64,000 nucleotides of DNA. Origin: a virus. The DNA is taken from positions 23,922 to 87,921 of IMG/VR virus record IMGVR_UViG_3300008469_000001. One strand, written 5' to 3'. The notes beneath the pieces were generated by a model. It ran no database searches, was not told where the DNA came from, and worked only from the letters and a program-made list of their open reading frames with translations. Shown in pieces: positions 37,801 to 47,384 of the stretch (its first letter is position 1; every line of letters begins with the position of its first letter). Made by a program: the position numbers and the translations under genes.

Positions 37801-40800
37801 AGTATTGCCGGACAAGGTATGAAAGCTGCTTGGAAAGCAAGTAGTTTGATGATAAAAGGTGGAGCAAAACTTGCCAATGCTGGAATGTCTATTCTAAAAG
37901 CACCAAAGAAATTATGGGATGGAATAAAGAATGGTTTTTCTGGATTTACAGATAAAGCATCAGGATTATGGGATAGTGTTAAATCAGGTGCAAAAGGTAT
38001 GTGGGATACTGTCTCTAAAGGTGCAAAAGGTATGTGGCAAGGTATCAGTAGTAAATTACAAAATATTGGTGGTGGAGCTACCATAACTAAAGATTCTGAT
38101 GGAAATGATGTTGTTAATGAAACAATGTTTAGTAAATTTGAGAAAGACTCAGATGGAAACGTAAAAAAAGATAAGAGCGGAAAAGCTATAAAGAAAGGAT
38201 TATTTTCATCTGTTGGTGAAGGTCTTAAAGGTTTGGTTGGACCAGCAGCCTTAGCTGGTGTAGCACTGAAAGCATTCCAAGGTGGTATGGAAGGTTGGGG
38301 AAAAGCTAATAAATGGTTTGGTAATTCTCTTAATGATACTGGTGATGCATTAACTAAAAATACAAAATATTCTGAAAATTTAGCTAAATCAATTAATGTA
38401 AATGCAAAATGGGATGAAAAGAAAAAACAATGGGTTGATGAAAATGGTGAAGCTATAAAATCACAAGGAGATTTATTAAAAGAAAATACAGCTGATGGTT
38501 TAAAAATGGCAGAATCACTATCTAAAACGGGTAAAGCGATGTGGGATGGTACTAAATATGTTGATGATTTGGGTAATGCTATAGTTCCATCAGCTTCATT
38601 AGCACAAAAATCTGCATCAGCTGTTGGTGGTGCATTAGAAGCATTATCATTTGGTATGTTAGATGGTAATGAAATGGCTCATAAAACTGCTGATGCATTT
38701 TCATGGATTGGTAAAAAAATGGATGAACTTGGATTAACGGAAACTTTTTCTGAACTCGGTGCATCATTAGCAGCTATTGGTAAGGTTATTATGTCTGTTG
38801 TAGGAAAAATTTTCAATGTTTTATCACCAGTATTTGATGTTGCTGTTCAAGTTTTCTCAGGTATATTTAAGTATATAAGAGGATTCTTCCAAATATTAAC
38901 TGGTATATTCTCAGGAGATTTATCAAAAATTGGTGAAGGTGTTAAAACCATTATGAGTGGATTTGTAGACTTAATATTATCACCAATAACATTGGTCACT
39001 GGATTTATTGATAAAATATTTGGTACGGATATTACCACTAGTGTAACAAATTTTGGTAAATACATTAGTGATTTCTTTGGTGGATTGGTTGATTTTGTTA
39101 TGTCACCATTTGAAAGTATTAAAAAATTGTTTGCTGGTTTTGGTGTTGATATAATGAAACCAATTGAGGCTGTAAGTAACTATTTCTCAACAATATTTGA
39201 TAGTGCTATTAAAGGTGCTTTTTCAATTTGGGATGGTTTAACAGATATGGTTACTAAACCATTTGATTTAATCATGGGTTTTATTGATGGAAAATTTACA
39301 TTTAAAGAAATGGTTTTGGGTATATTTGATTCTGTTATAAATGGTGTTACTAATATATTTGGTGGTTTTATAGATATAGTAACAGCACCATTTAAAGGTA
39401 TACTTTCATTTATAGATACTATGTTTGGAACAAATTTATTAGGGTCATTTTCAACTGTTTTAGGTGGTTTGGTTGATGGTGTAAAAGGGTACTTCACAAG
39501 TATATCTGATGGTGTTATGAATATTGTTGGTGGTTATTGGGATATTATTACTTCTCCTTTCAAAAGAGTTATGGCCTGGATTGATGGTGAATTAACACTA
39601 GGTCAAATGGTTAAAGGAATTTTTAGTGATATGGTTACTGGTGTTACAGAAATTTTTACTGGCTTCTTGGATATTATTACTGCACCATTTAAAGGTATTG
39701 TAACATTTATTGATAGTATATTTGGGACTGATTTACTTGGTTCATTCACTCTTGTTAAAGATAATATATTGGGTGTATTTGATGGTTTTATAGATTTAGT
39801 AACAGCTCCATTTAAAGGTCTTATTTCATGGATTACTACTGATATGTCATTTACTGATGCAATGAGTCAAGCATGGGTAGATGCTAAAGCAGCTTTATCT
39901 AAAATATGGAATAGTATTACAGATGTTATCATGATACCTGTTAATAAAGCTATTGATTATATAAAATCATTAAATCCATTTGCAGATAGTAAGGAAGATG
40001 AAACTACTGATAAATTACAAGAAAATGCTACAGATGACCAAAAAAAATTAGGTGCAGATTTATATAAGAAATTAGGTTTTGAAACTAATATGTTTGGTGC
40101 TCAAAAAGAAAAGAGTGAAAAAGAAATTTCAACTATGGCGTCAGGATTATCTGATAAAGAAATTAAAGCACTTATTGCCTCTGATACTATTGATAATACT
40201 AATATTGAACAACTTGCTAAAATTCTTAATGATAGAAATGCTGGTGGTGGTGATGTTGTTGTTAAACCCGAAAAAGTTGAACAACATGCAGAAGGTGGTT
40301 CAACCGGTGGAATAGGTGATAAATTTGCTTCAGCAATAACAGGATTATTTACATCTGATGAAAAAGAAGTAGCCGGAACTGTTGGTCCTGATGAATTTGT
40401 ATTTAGTTCTGATATGATTCAAGGTTTCTTATCAAAAATAAAAGGTAGTAGTAATGCTACTCAAAGTGTTTCTCCAGATATAGGTAAAATTCCATCTTCT
40501 GCAGAAAAGGTAGCTACTGTAGATAATACTGTATCGACAAATATAAAAAATATTTCCACATCAACAACCAAATCATCTGAAAGTGATAATAAACTAACAA
40601 AAGAAAATGATGAAACATCAGATAAAACATCAATAGTAACTAAAACATTGAATAATGTAGTTACATCAACATCTGATATATTTAAAAGTATTAATAAACA
40701 AACAAGCAAATTTATTAACAATATGGTTGATAATCTGAGTTCAGCGGTATCATCTACAGATGCTATTACTTCGACTAATTCAACAAATACTATGAGTGTA

Positions 40801-42585
40801 ACCAAATTGAAAGAATCACAAAAAAGTGATGATTCATCACCAAAATCTATTGTTACTCAAATGTCTGATTCAGTTTCAGGTGCTGCAAATGGTAGTCATG
40901 GAGAAAGATTATCTATATCAAATGGCATGAATTTAGGAACAACTACTGTAGACAAAAGTAAAATAGATAGCATGAATATTATGAATAATGCTCCAAAACA
41001 TAGTGATGCTATTAATAATATGGTTGAAACAAAAGCCAAAGATGCACAAAAAACAGCTATAAAAGAACAAAGAAAAATTGCAGATGAGACTGTTAAAAAA
41101 CAAACTAAAGATGGTATAGATGATAAACAAGCAACAACTATGGTTGATGCATTAAAATCTATGGCTAAAAAGTTAAACGATGCTACTGGAGGTGTTGCTG
41201 GTAAAGTTGTAGGTGGAGCAGCTGCAGTAGGTGGAGCATACTTAGGTGGTGGTATGGATATAGGAAAAAGCGTTGTTAATGGTATTACTGGAGTTTTAAA
41301 AGGTGATATGAATATTTCTGATGCTTTAACAAATATTGGTGGAACTGCGAAAGATGCATTAGGAAATTTAGGTGCAACAGTTACAAATCTATTGCCTGGT
41401 ACTATTAAAGATGGTATTGGTAAAGTTGGTGGTATGGTTAATAGTGCATTAGGTGCAGCTGGAAAAGTAGGTGGATCTATAAAAGATAATGTATCTGGTG
41501 TGTTAAGTGGTGATGTTAAACCAATGGATGCACTTAAAAATGTGGGCCAAACAATTGTTGGACAACTACCTGGAAAAATAACAGAATCACTTAAAAGTGT
41601 AACTGATAAGTTAGGGACAACTGGTGCCTCTATAACTACTAATTTACAAGGGGTTTTAAGCGGTGATACATCTATTGGTGATGCTCTTAAAAATGTTGGT
41701 GGTACGGTGAAAGAGCAGTTGCTCGGACCATTACAACAAAACCTAACTGGAACATTTAGTAAACTTACTGGTGAAGAAGGATTAGGCGGAGTATTTAATA
41801 AATTCGTTGGTGAAGAAGGATTAGGTGGAGTATTCAACAAATTCACTGGTGAAGAAGGAATTGGTGGAGCATTTACTAAACTTACTGGTGAAGAAGGATT
41901 AGGTGGAACACTTAATAAATTTGCCTCTGGTGGTACTGGTTCATTAGGTAAAGCATTTGAAGCAATTACTGGTGAAGGTGGTTCATTAGGAAGCGCTATT
42001 GGTGATATTGGAAAAAGTCTATCTGGTGCATTAGGTGGATTATTTGGTGGCGGAGACAAAGGTGGTGGAGTTATGGATACTGTATCATCTGTTGGTAAGT
42101 CTATTGGTGGATTCTTAGGATTTAATGATGGTGGTAGAACACCAACAAAATCAGACCCATTATTAGAAAGATTGACTGGCATGGCCGGTGCTGCAGGAGT
42201 TGTACATGCTAATGAATTAGTTGTTCCTAGTGATGTTACTAATAAGTTGGATAAAGCTATATCATCAAATCCAGTAGTAGCTGCAGGAACATCTGGAGTT
42301 AAAGCTATGGGTGGTGTTAAATCAGCTGCAACTATTAATTCAACAAAAAGTTCAAATAGTACAACAAATAGTAACAATACCACAAACAATACAACAAATG
42401 TTTCTGGTGGTGGTAAACAAGATCCAGTTGTTGATAAACTAACCTCTATTGAAGCAACAATGAAACAGGTTGCGAACCATTTAGGTCAAAGAGTACAACA
42501 AGGTAACAAAGCACTCAAAAATGATGCTAATGCAAAAACAGTACAAAATGTAAAAGATATGAAAGGTTCAAGATCTATACATTAA
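34879..42585 (+). CDS. Tape measure-like protein
   Basis: 2568 aa, Ala/Gly/Lys-rich and helical, with hydrophobic segments, W/F-periodic repeats (LWDGIK, IITAPFKG) and HAEGG..GPDEFV / FNDGG..HANELVVP motifs. Confidence 0.85.
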   Translation: MMSNYNDKQGTATPEIMAAEYKGLFSKIQELAKAQKAETLDISSDADILKEILTQKIDDNAETTKTISDEIGTLLGANKVSDKVGFVKKILEKITDEQSKELYDKFNERDTSTQNINIKDFVDDVVNEIQKKSDNTPSSNQVENVFDAEIGMSFDSVSEGFRSETENVFNISDDGKTIEITDKDAAYAHAGDIAEKAYAEIEEADAQKIKLQEELNKTSDDDLEEQKRIRAEMELLTKKSQTAEKILSSVQGLDKTQMKSDQAGKINGATNKQEIKNQQKMAKASKETIGAFGRIVQGSTGFSTALSEANQAVGGLTDALGSAGGALGAHTSTLSSNFSGLQQTVLMTGGVLGMFLGAMTLATTAIKGFYEKLDIARDMGQGEEFVESLRGMELNTLLPPDQLKAMSETMSKNLGMSLTNNSKKMERLAIKQRMYERMNGKENAAQMLDSLDSLRHVLGSNSADGMMAELSAQTNSLAATLGISNKLALDQIKRLAENTEILTKGLDKDTAAEIQKVMKDEFAGLSKVYGQDAAERITKKAAEAISSKENVRNQANKMIQIKGLGGKGAEKIDETRKELHLSKKDVNALYARASTMDFKALTPEDQKLLEKLSVAMTEAENITVQDLQQRKKEINAKLKKDPQNKALQTELQGIQTKIHLASNIGLEGDQDVANALNTMSVKQINKMEKQGKVESAQRLVGNTAMIEINKLIGMQGPKNVKDSAKMLKALKETQIAKAAKDDPKKLEQYKNTKQSLLASKAQKMGIKDTDGKSSEELIKLLKEKKVTSAEIEKIDTTAFASTIGPALAKQIKDGRESGKGTTKIAGAKTIDNAKFKKADEDGTLAKNQTKGKSTQLENDHDKAARLVIEANQAMERGVMSLVNSVLPALHDALDWVKDNFQLIGAILGSVFAAKLLWMIKGPLGFLGKGIMGIANTIGGAAFTITKGIAKGILAAPKLIISGIKNGMSLLGKTFSIAGQGMKAAWKASSLMIKGGAKLANAGMSILKAPKKLWDGIKNGFSGFTDKASGLWDSVKSGAKGMWDTVSKGAKGMWQGISSKLQNIGGGATITKDSDGNDVVNETMFSKFEKDSDGNVKKDKSGKAIKKGLFSSVGEGLKGLVGPAALAGVALKAFQGGMEGWGKANKWFGNSLNDTGDALTKNTKYSENLAKSINVNAKWDEKKKQWVDENGEAIKSQGDLLKENTADGLKMAESLSKTGKAMWDGTKYVDDLGNAIVPSASLAQKSASAVGGALEALSFGMLDGNEMAHKTADAFSWIGKKMDELGLTETFSELGASLAAIGKVIMSVVGKIFNVLSPVFDVAVQVFSGIFKYIRGFFQILTGIFSGDLSKIGEGVKTIMSGFVDLILSPITLVTGFIDKIFGTDITTSVTNFGKYISDFFGGLVDFVMSPFESIKKLFAGFGVDIMKPIEAVSNYFSTIFDSAIKGAFSIWDGLTDMVTKPFDLIMGFIDGKFTFKEMVLGIFDSVINGVTNIFGGFIDIVTAPFKGILSFIDTMFGTNLLGSFSTVLGGLVDGVKGYFTSISDGVMNIVGGYWDIITSPFKRVMAWIDGELTLGQMVKGIFSDMVTGVTEIFTGFLDIITAPFKGIVTFIDSIFGTDLLGSFTLVKDNILGVFDGFIDLVTAPFKGLISWITTDMSFTDAMSQAWVDAKAALSKIWNSITDVIMIPVNKAIDYIKSLNPFADSKEDETTDKLQENATDDQKKLGADLYKKLGFETNMFGAQKEKSEKEISTMASGLSDKEIKALIASDTIDNTNIEQLAKILNDRNAGGGDVVVKPEKVEQHAEGGSTGGIGDKFASAITGLFTSDEKEVAGTVGPDEFVFSSDMIQGFLSKIKGSSNATQSVSPDIGKIPSSAEKVATVDNTVSTNIKNISTSTTKSSESDNKLTKENDETSDKTSIVTKTLNNVVTSTSDIFKSINKQTSKFINNMVDNLSSAVSSTDAITSTNSTNTMSVTKLKESQKSDDSSPKSIVTQMSDSVSGAANGSHGERLSISNGMNLGTTTVDKSKIDSMNIMNNAPKHSDAINNMVETKAKDAQKTAIKEQRKIADETVKKQTKDGIDDKQATTMVDALKSMAKKLNDATGGVAGKVVGGAAAVGGAYLGGGMDIGKSVVNGITGVLKGDMNISDALTNIGGTAKDALGNLGATVTNLLPGTIKDGIGKVGGMVNSALGAAGKVGGSIKDNVSGVLSGDVKPMDALKNVGQTIVGQLPGKITESLKSVTDKLGTTGASITTNLQGVLSGDTSIGDALKNVGGTVKEQLLGPLQQNLTGTFSKLTGEEGLGGVFNKFVGEEGLGGVFNKFTGEEGIGGAFTKLTGEEGLGGTLNKFASGGTGSLGKAFEAITGEGGSLGSAIGDIGKSLSGALGGLFGGGDKGGGVMDTVSSVGKSIGGFLGFNDGGRTPTKSDPLLERLTGMAGAAGVVHANELVVPSDVTNKLDKAISSNPVVAAGTSGVKAMGGVKSAATINSTKSSNSTTNSNNTTNNTTNVSGGGKQDPVVDKLTSIEATMKQVANHLGQRVQQGNKALKNDANAKTVQNVKDMKGSRSIH
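41752..41907 (+). repeat. Four tandem 39-bp repeats (xFxKxxGEEGLGG) in the tape-measure C-terminal region
   Basis: Units start at 41752, 41791, 41830 and 41869. Confidence 0.8.
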
Positions 42586-42589
42586 AAAG

Positions 42590-42597
42590 TATAAATA
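42590..42597 (+). promoter_or_regulatory. T4-type late promoter for the portal gene
   Basis: TATAAATA 28 nt upstream of the portal ATG. Confidence 0.7.
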
Positions 42598-42625
42598 AAG
42601 TAAATATAGACAAAAAGGTTAATAC

Positions 42626-44116
42626 ATGGAATTACTTAATGAAAACTTAAATCATTATCTAGGTGAATCTGGAAATGGATATGGTTCACAAATGAATGAA
42701 AGTGCTACTCCAATGTGGATGTCATATATGGAAGCATTTACTCAATTTGTTGAACAAAGTGGTAAAAGATTAGAAAGATATGAAACATATGAAGAAATGG
42801 ATAGATACCCTGAAATACATCTAGCATTAGATATTATTTCTACAGAGATATTTGTATTTGATGCATTGATGAATACCCCATTCTTAATTGGAACTGATGG
42901 TAAAGTACCAGAAAATATCATAACAAAAGCAGTTAGTCAATTTACTGATAAACTAAAACTTAAAGAGATTTTACCATTTGCTGTCAGACAATCTCTGAAA
43001 TATGGAGACTCATTTTATTTTGTAGTGAGGGATACTAATAAAAAGATGGCTGGGTTAAGAAGAATTGAAAATAAAGATATTGATTTTATTGAATATGATG
43101 AAGTTGGAATTGAACCTCTTAATTATTATATTGCTAAAAGTAAAATTGATGAGGCTCATATGGGTAGCTATTTAGCATTTTTAAAATTTCAAAATTTAGA
43201 AAAAGCATCTGAACAGAAAATGGCAGCAATAGCTTCAAATGAGGGTGAGGAATTTTATGTTATTCCTAGAAAATCTATGGTAAGATTTATGAATAGAGGT
43301 CAGAATTCAAAGTTTTTTCCTTTTGGAGAATCATATTTAGAATCTATTTTCCCTTACTGGAAAAAAGTATCTTTATTAGAAGATTCGTTGATTATCTATA
43401 GAATAGTAAGAGCACCTGAGAGAAGGGTTTTTTATATTGATGTTGGTAAAGCACCTGCAAAAATTGCAGAAAAAGTTGTATCACAAACTAAAGATGAGAT
43501 TAAGAGAAGAAGAACTGCAGCTACACAAGAAAATAAGGATTTAGGTATTGCTTCATCATTCAATCCATTATCAATGCAAGAAGATTATTTCTTTGCTCAA
43601 AGAGCAGATGGTAGAGGTTCAAGAGTCGAGACATTACCTGGAGCGTCAAATTTAGGCGAAATAGCAGATGTTCACTATTTTTATAAGAAATTGATTGCTG
43701 GAATGAGAGTTCCATCATCATACTTTAATAGTGAGAATCCACCAACATGGAATGATGGTAAAGTTGGTAGTGCTTTAGCAGAAGAAGCTAGATTTGGTAA
43801 ATGGTTGACAGAAATAAGGGAACAATTCCTATGGGATTTTAAAATTTTGTTTCTAGACTTTTTAAATGAAAGGGGTATAAATATAACTGAAGACCAGTTA
43901 GATATGAAATGGAAAGAATCTATTAATGTAGCTGAAAACCAAGAGTTAGAGAAAATGATTCAAAGACAATCAGTATTTACTGGATTCCCTTTGGAACAGT
44001 TTGCTCCTACATTTTTACAGAAGAAAGTATTGGGGTGGTCGGAAGAAGAAATTCAAGAAAACATGACACAATTAGTAAAATGGCAAAAATATAAAGATAA
44101 CAATAACTTGATGTAA
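42626..44116 (+). CDS. gp20: Portal vertex protein (T4 gp20-like)
   Basis: LLEDSLIIYRIVRAPERRVFYIDVG, LSMQEDYFF..RGSRVETLPG..NLGEIADVHYF. Confidence 0.96.
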   Translation: MELLNENLNHYLGESGNGYGSQMNESATPMWMSYMEAFTQFVEQSGKRLERYETYEEMDRYPEIHLALDIISTEIFVFDALMNTPFLIGTDGKVPENIITKAVSQFTDKLKLKEILPFAVRQSLKYGDSFYFVVRDTNKKMAGLRRIENKDIDFIEYDEVGIEPLNYYIAKSKIDEAHMGSYLAFLKFQNLEKASEQKMAAIASNEGEEFYVIPRKSMVRFMNRGQNSKFFPFGESYLESIFPYWKKVSLLEDSLIIYRIVRAPERRVFYIDVGKAPAKIAEKVVSQTKDEIKRRRTAATQENKDLGIASSFNPLSMQEDYFFAQRADGRGSRVETLPGASNLGEIADVHYFYKKLIAGMRVPSSYFNSENPPTWNDGKVGSALAEEARFGKWLTEIREQFLWDFKILFLDFLNERGINITEDQLDMKWKESINVAENQELEKMIQRQSVFTGFPLEQFAPTFLQKKVLGWSEEEIQENMTQLVKWQKYKDNNNLM

Positions 44117-44194
44117 TCTTAAAATGTGGTAAAAAAAGATTTTAACATAAATAATTAAAAAGAATAAGAAAATTCCATTAGGAGGAAATATAAC

Positions 44195-44884
44195 ATGGCA
44201 TGGTATGATGGAGATGATACAACATTAACTAAACTTGGTTCTGGTGATGCAGATCCATTTTTAGGGTCTAAAGCAACAGATACAACATTTGGTTCGGAAG
44301 CATTTAGTGTGGGTGATGTAAAGCAACATATAGCTGAAGATGTGGAAATAAAATTAATTCACAGATTTAGAGTAAAATTTGGTGTATTTACACAAGTTGG
44401 ACACCACGTAAAAACTATTACTAAACCAAATGTAACATTTGCAGAGGTAGAAGTTCCAAAGTTAAACTCAAAAGTTTATTTTGCAGGTAGAAAAACTCAA
44501 GATCAAGCAACAGTTGAGTTAGATGATTCATTAGATGGAGCAGTTACAAAAGCTGCACAAACACAACTACAGAAACAAGCTAACTTTGATACAAATTTAC
44601 ATGCAAAATCTGGTGCAGCATATTTCTTTAATATGACAGCAGAAGAATTAGCAGGTGATGGAACACCATTAGGTGCATGGTATTATAATAAATGTGTTGT
44701 TATGACTTGTGATTTTGGTTCATTAGATTATTCTGATGATGCAGGTACAGGAACAGTAAACTTAGGTATTAGATATTCTAACTTCACTACTTGGACATTA
44801 CCTAAATTTATATATGGTCCGGGCGTTGTAACTGAAAAAGATGGTTCTGCAGCAAAAAATGCACCAACAGGTTCACCAGCTTAA
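44195..44884 (+). CDS. gp19: Tail tube protein (T4 gp19-like)
   Basis: HRFRVKF, TKPNVTFAEVEV..NSKVYFAGRK, DFGSLDYS..LGIRY; strong RBS and CATAAATA promoter variant. Confidence 0.8.
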   Translation: MAWYDGDDTTLTKLGSGDADPFLGSKATDTTFGSEAFSVGDVKQHIAEDVEIKLIHRFRVKFGVFTQVGHHVKTITKPNVTFAEVEVPKLNSKVYFAGRKTQDQATVELDDSLDGAVTKAAQTQLQKQANFDTNLHAKSGAAYFFNMTAEELAGDGTPLGAWYYNKCVVMTCDFGSLDYSDDAGTGTVNLGIRYSNFTTWTLPKFIYGPGVVTEKDGSAAKNAPTGSPA

Positions 44885-44902
44885 TAGTTACTTAACATTT
44901 AT

Positions 44903-44934
44903 ACATTGTGGGCAACCCCACAATGTTATTTTCT
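44903..44934 (+). terminator. Rho-independent terminator
   Basis: ACATTGTGGG-CAAC-CCCACAATGT followed by a T-rich tract. Confidence 0.75.
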
Positions 44935-45125
44935 CTCTAAACTTAAATCACTAAATAAAATCATAAATTATTAATAAACATACATTAATTCCTATAATTC
45001 CGCTTAAAAATAAGTAAAAAACTCAATCTTTCTATTTTGATGAATAAATACATTTGAAATGCTAGTTTAAACTAAATGAATTAGTTATTTTTTCGCGAAA
45101 AAAATAAAAAAAGAAGGAGTTTCAT

Positions 45126-45341
45126 ATGTCTAATGTTAGAAATATGATTGATGCAATAGCAGACGAAAACTTTGATGGAGCAAAAGGTGCACTTAAAGCT
45201 TCATTAGCAGAGTATATGGCTGGTAAAAAATATGTATCAAATAAAGATTTATTTGGAGATGCTTATAAAAATCCAAATGAAGAAGAACAAAACCTAAAAG
45301 CTGAGTTATCTGAGACTAAAGTTTGTGGAGAGGGAGAGTAA
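45126..45341 (+). CDS. Small prohead core protein (gp67/gp68 position)
   Basis: 71 aa, MIDAIADENF..A motif, immediately upstream of the prohead protease. Confidence 0.6.
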   Translation: MSNVRNMIDAIADENFDGAKGALKASLAEYMAGKKYVSNKDLFGDAYKNPNEEEQNLKAELSETKVCGEGE

Positions 45342-45342
45342 T

Positions 45343-45984
45343 ATGAGTAAAGATTTATTAATAGAAACTTTAAACCCATCTATTGCTAACTTAAAAGAGT
45401 CTAAACAAGATGATAAACATTGGTATTTAGAAGGTATCTTTATGCAAGCTGAGAAAAAAAATGGTAATGGGAGAATTTATCCTAAAGGTGTTTTAACTGA
45501 AGCTGTAGAAAAGATGAATGATAAAATGGCAAAGGGTTATAATGTATTAGGTGAATTAGAACACCCAGAAGCATTAACTGTAAATCTTAATAATGTGTCT
45601 CATGTAATTGAGTCGTTAAGATGGGAAGGTGATGATGTTATTGGTAAGTGTAAGGTTCTTGACACACCAAAAGGTGAGATTGTTAAAGCATTGTTGAAAG
45701 AAGGAATCAAATTAGGTGTTTCTTCAAGAGGTAGTGGTGCAACAGCTTATAATGAAGGTATTACAATGGTTGAGTCATTTAATTTAATTACGGTTGATAT
45801 TGTTGCTACACCGAGTGCTCCAGAAGCATTTCCAAATAGTTTACAAGAATCATTAGATGTAATATACAATGACCCAAAAATTGTTTCATTAAGTGAAGCA
45901 GTAGTTGAAGATAAGACAGCACAAAAATATTTTGAGCAAGAAATCAGAAACTTTTTGAATTCAGTAATAAATAAAAATAAATAA
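45343..45984 (+). CDS. gp21: Prohead protease (T4 gp21-like)
   Basis: LEGIFMQAE..NGNGRIYP, LGELEHP, VSHVI, TPKG, GVSSRGSG, VDIVATPSAPEA. Confidence 0.96.
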   Translation: MSKDLLIETLNPSIANLKESKQDDKHWYLEGIFMQAEKKNGNGRIYPKGVLTEAVEKMNDKMAKGYNVLGELEHPEALTVNLNNVSHVIESLRWEGDDVIGKCKVLDTPKGEIVKALLKEGIKLGVSSRGSGATAYNEGITMVESFNLITVDIVATPSAPEAFPNSLQESLDVIYNDPKIVSLSEAVVEDKTAQKYFEQEIRNFLNSVINKNK

Positions 45985-46013
45985 ATAAAATAAGCTTGTT
46001 AAGGAGATACACA

Positions 46014-47261
46014 ATGATGCAGGAAATCTTAAAACCATTATTAGAAAATGATGTTTTAACAAATGAAGTAAAATCTTCAATTGAAACTGCTTTAACAGAA
46101 GCTTTCACAGCAAAAGAAGAAGCTGTAAGAGCAGAAGTTGAAGAAGTAGCAAAAGAAAATTTTGAAACTGCTAAAACTAAATTTGAAGAAACTTATAAAA
46201 CTTTAGAAGAGTCATATAAGTCAAAATTAGCTGAAGCAAAGGAAACTGTTGAAACAACTAAATCTGATTTAGAAGAGTTAGAAACAAAAGTTGAGGAATT
46301 AGAAACTAAACCATTCGTTAATGTTACTGAGTCTGATATGGAAGCGGCAGAGAAAACTTTAAGTGAAGAATTAGAAGCAAAATATGAAGCTGCTTTTGAT
46401 TTAGCAAAAGATAAATTCAATAATACATTTGAATTAGTAACAGAGTCTAATGGAGAAATCATTTCTGAATTAGAAGCTCATATTGATAGTCAAGATGAAA
46501 TAATTACTGAATTAACTGAAAAAGTTGAAGAATTATTAGAAACTGATGTTGGTGAATTATTTTCTAAAACATCTTTTGTTTCTGATAAAGTAAATGCTGC
46601 AGTTGCTGAAACAGAAGAAAGAATGACAACTGAAGCTGAAGAAAAAATTGAGGCTATTAAAGAAAACTTAGTTACTTCGACTGAAATTTTCTTAGAACAA
46701 GAATTAGCAGAAGTAAAAGCTGATAAAGAAGCTATCATGAAAGAATCTCAAGGTAGAGAATTATTAGAATCTGTTAAAGGTTTAGTTAAACAATATTGGG
46801 ATGTAGATTCTGAAGTAGCAGAAGAAATTTTAGAAATGAAAAAAGAAGCTGAAGCTAAAGTTGAACAATATAAAGATATGTTGAAGAAAGAACATAACAG
46901 ATTAGAAGAGTCTCAAATTGAAATCGAAGACTTAAAAAAGAAAGTTATTGTTGAGTCAAAAAGCTCAGTTTTAACATCTGATAAAAAAGAAGCTTTAGAG
47001 AAGTTAGCTGAAAACATGGATTCTGATAAATTAGAAACTAAAATTGATGATTTAATGGAATCAGTTGTTGATGCTTTCAATTCGGGTTTCTCTAAAAAGG
47101 AAATTGCTGAAGAGGTAGAGAAAGAAGTTTCTACTAAAAAAACAGAAACTAACGAAAAAGTAATTACTGAATCAGTAAATACAACTATTAGTTCAGGTGA
47201 TTCAGAAGTTAAATCTTCTGATGAATTAGCAAATTTAATGGCTTTAGCAGGTATTAAATAA
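46014..47261 (+). CDS. gp22: Prohead core scaffold protein (T4 gp22-like)
   Basis: Acidic coiled-coil protein between protease and capsid genes; C-terminal LMALAGIK; ATG 46014 after AAGGAG. Confidence 0.8.
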   Translation: MMQEILKPLLENDVLTNEVKSSIETALTEAFTAKEEAVRAEVEEVAKENFETAKTKFEETYKTLEESYKSKLAEAKETVETTKSDLEELETKVEELETKPFVNVTESDMEAAEKTLSEELEAKYEAAFDLAKDKFNNTFELVTESNGEIISELEAHIDSQDEIITELTEKVEELLETDVGELFSKTSFVSDKVNAAVAETEERMTTEAEEKIEAIKENLVTSTEIFLEQELAEVKADKEAIMKESQGRELLESVKGLVKQYWDVDSEVAEEILEMKKEAEAKVEQYKDMLKKEHNRLEESQIEIEDLKKKVIVESKSSVLTSDKKEALEKLAENMDSDKLETKIDDLMESVVDAFNSGFSKKEIAEEVEKEVSTKKTETNEKVITESVNTTISSGDSEVKSSDELANLMALAGIK

Positions 47262-47329
47262 GGTTTAGATAAAAAATTCATAGAAATATGGGTTTTTTCT
47301 TTAAAAATTGATAATTTTTTAATTATCAG

Positions 47330-47337
47330 TATAAATA
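47330..47337 (+). promoter_or_regulatory. T4-type late promoter for the major capsid gene
   Basis: TATAAATA 47 nt upstream of the ATG. Confidence 0.75.
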
Positions 47338-47384
47338 AAAATGAAATAATAAAAACACTAAGTTCTTTTTAAGGAGATAACAAA

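Noticed and set aside
37578-42389. Long - strand ORFs (37578..38084, 39180..39497, 40461..40805, 40896..42389)
   Set aside because: Antisense to the Gly-rich tape-measure gene; the Pro-rich translations mirror GGT/GGA codons.
46193-47281. Antisense ORFs in the scaffold gene (likewise 62120..62923)
   Set aside because: Shadow frames of Glu/Lys/Ala-rich coding sequence.
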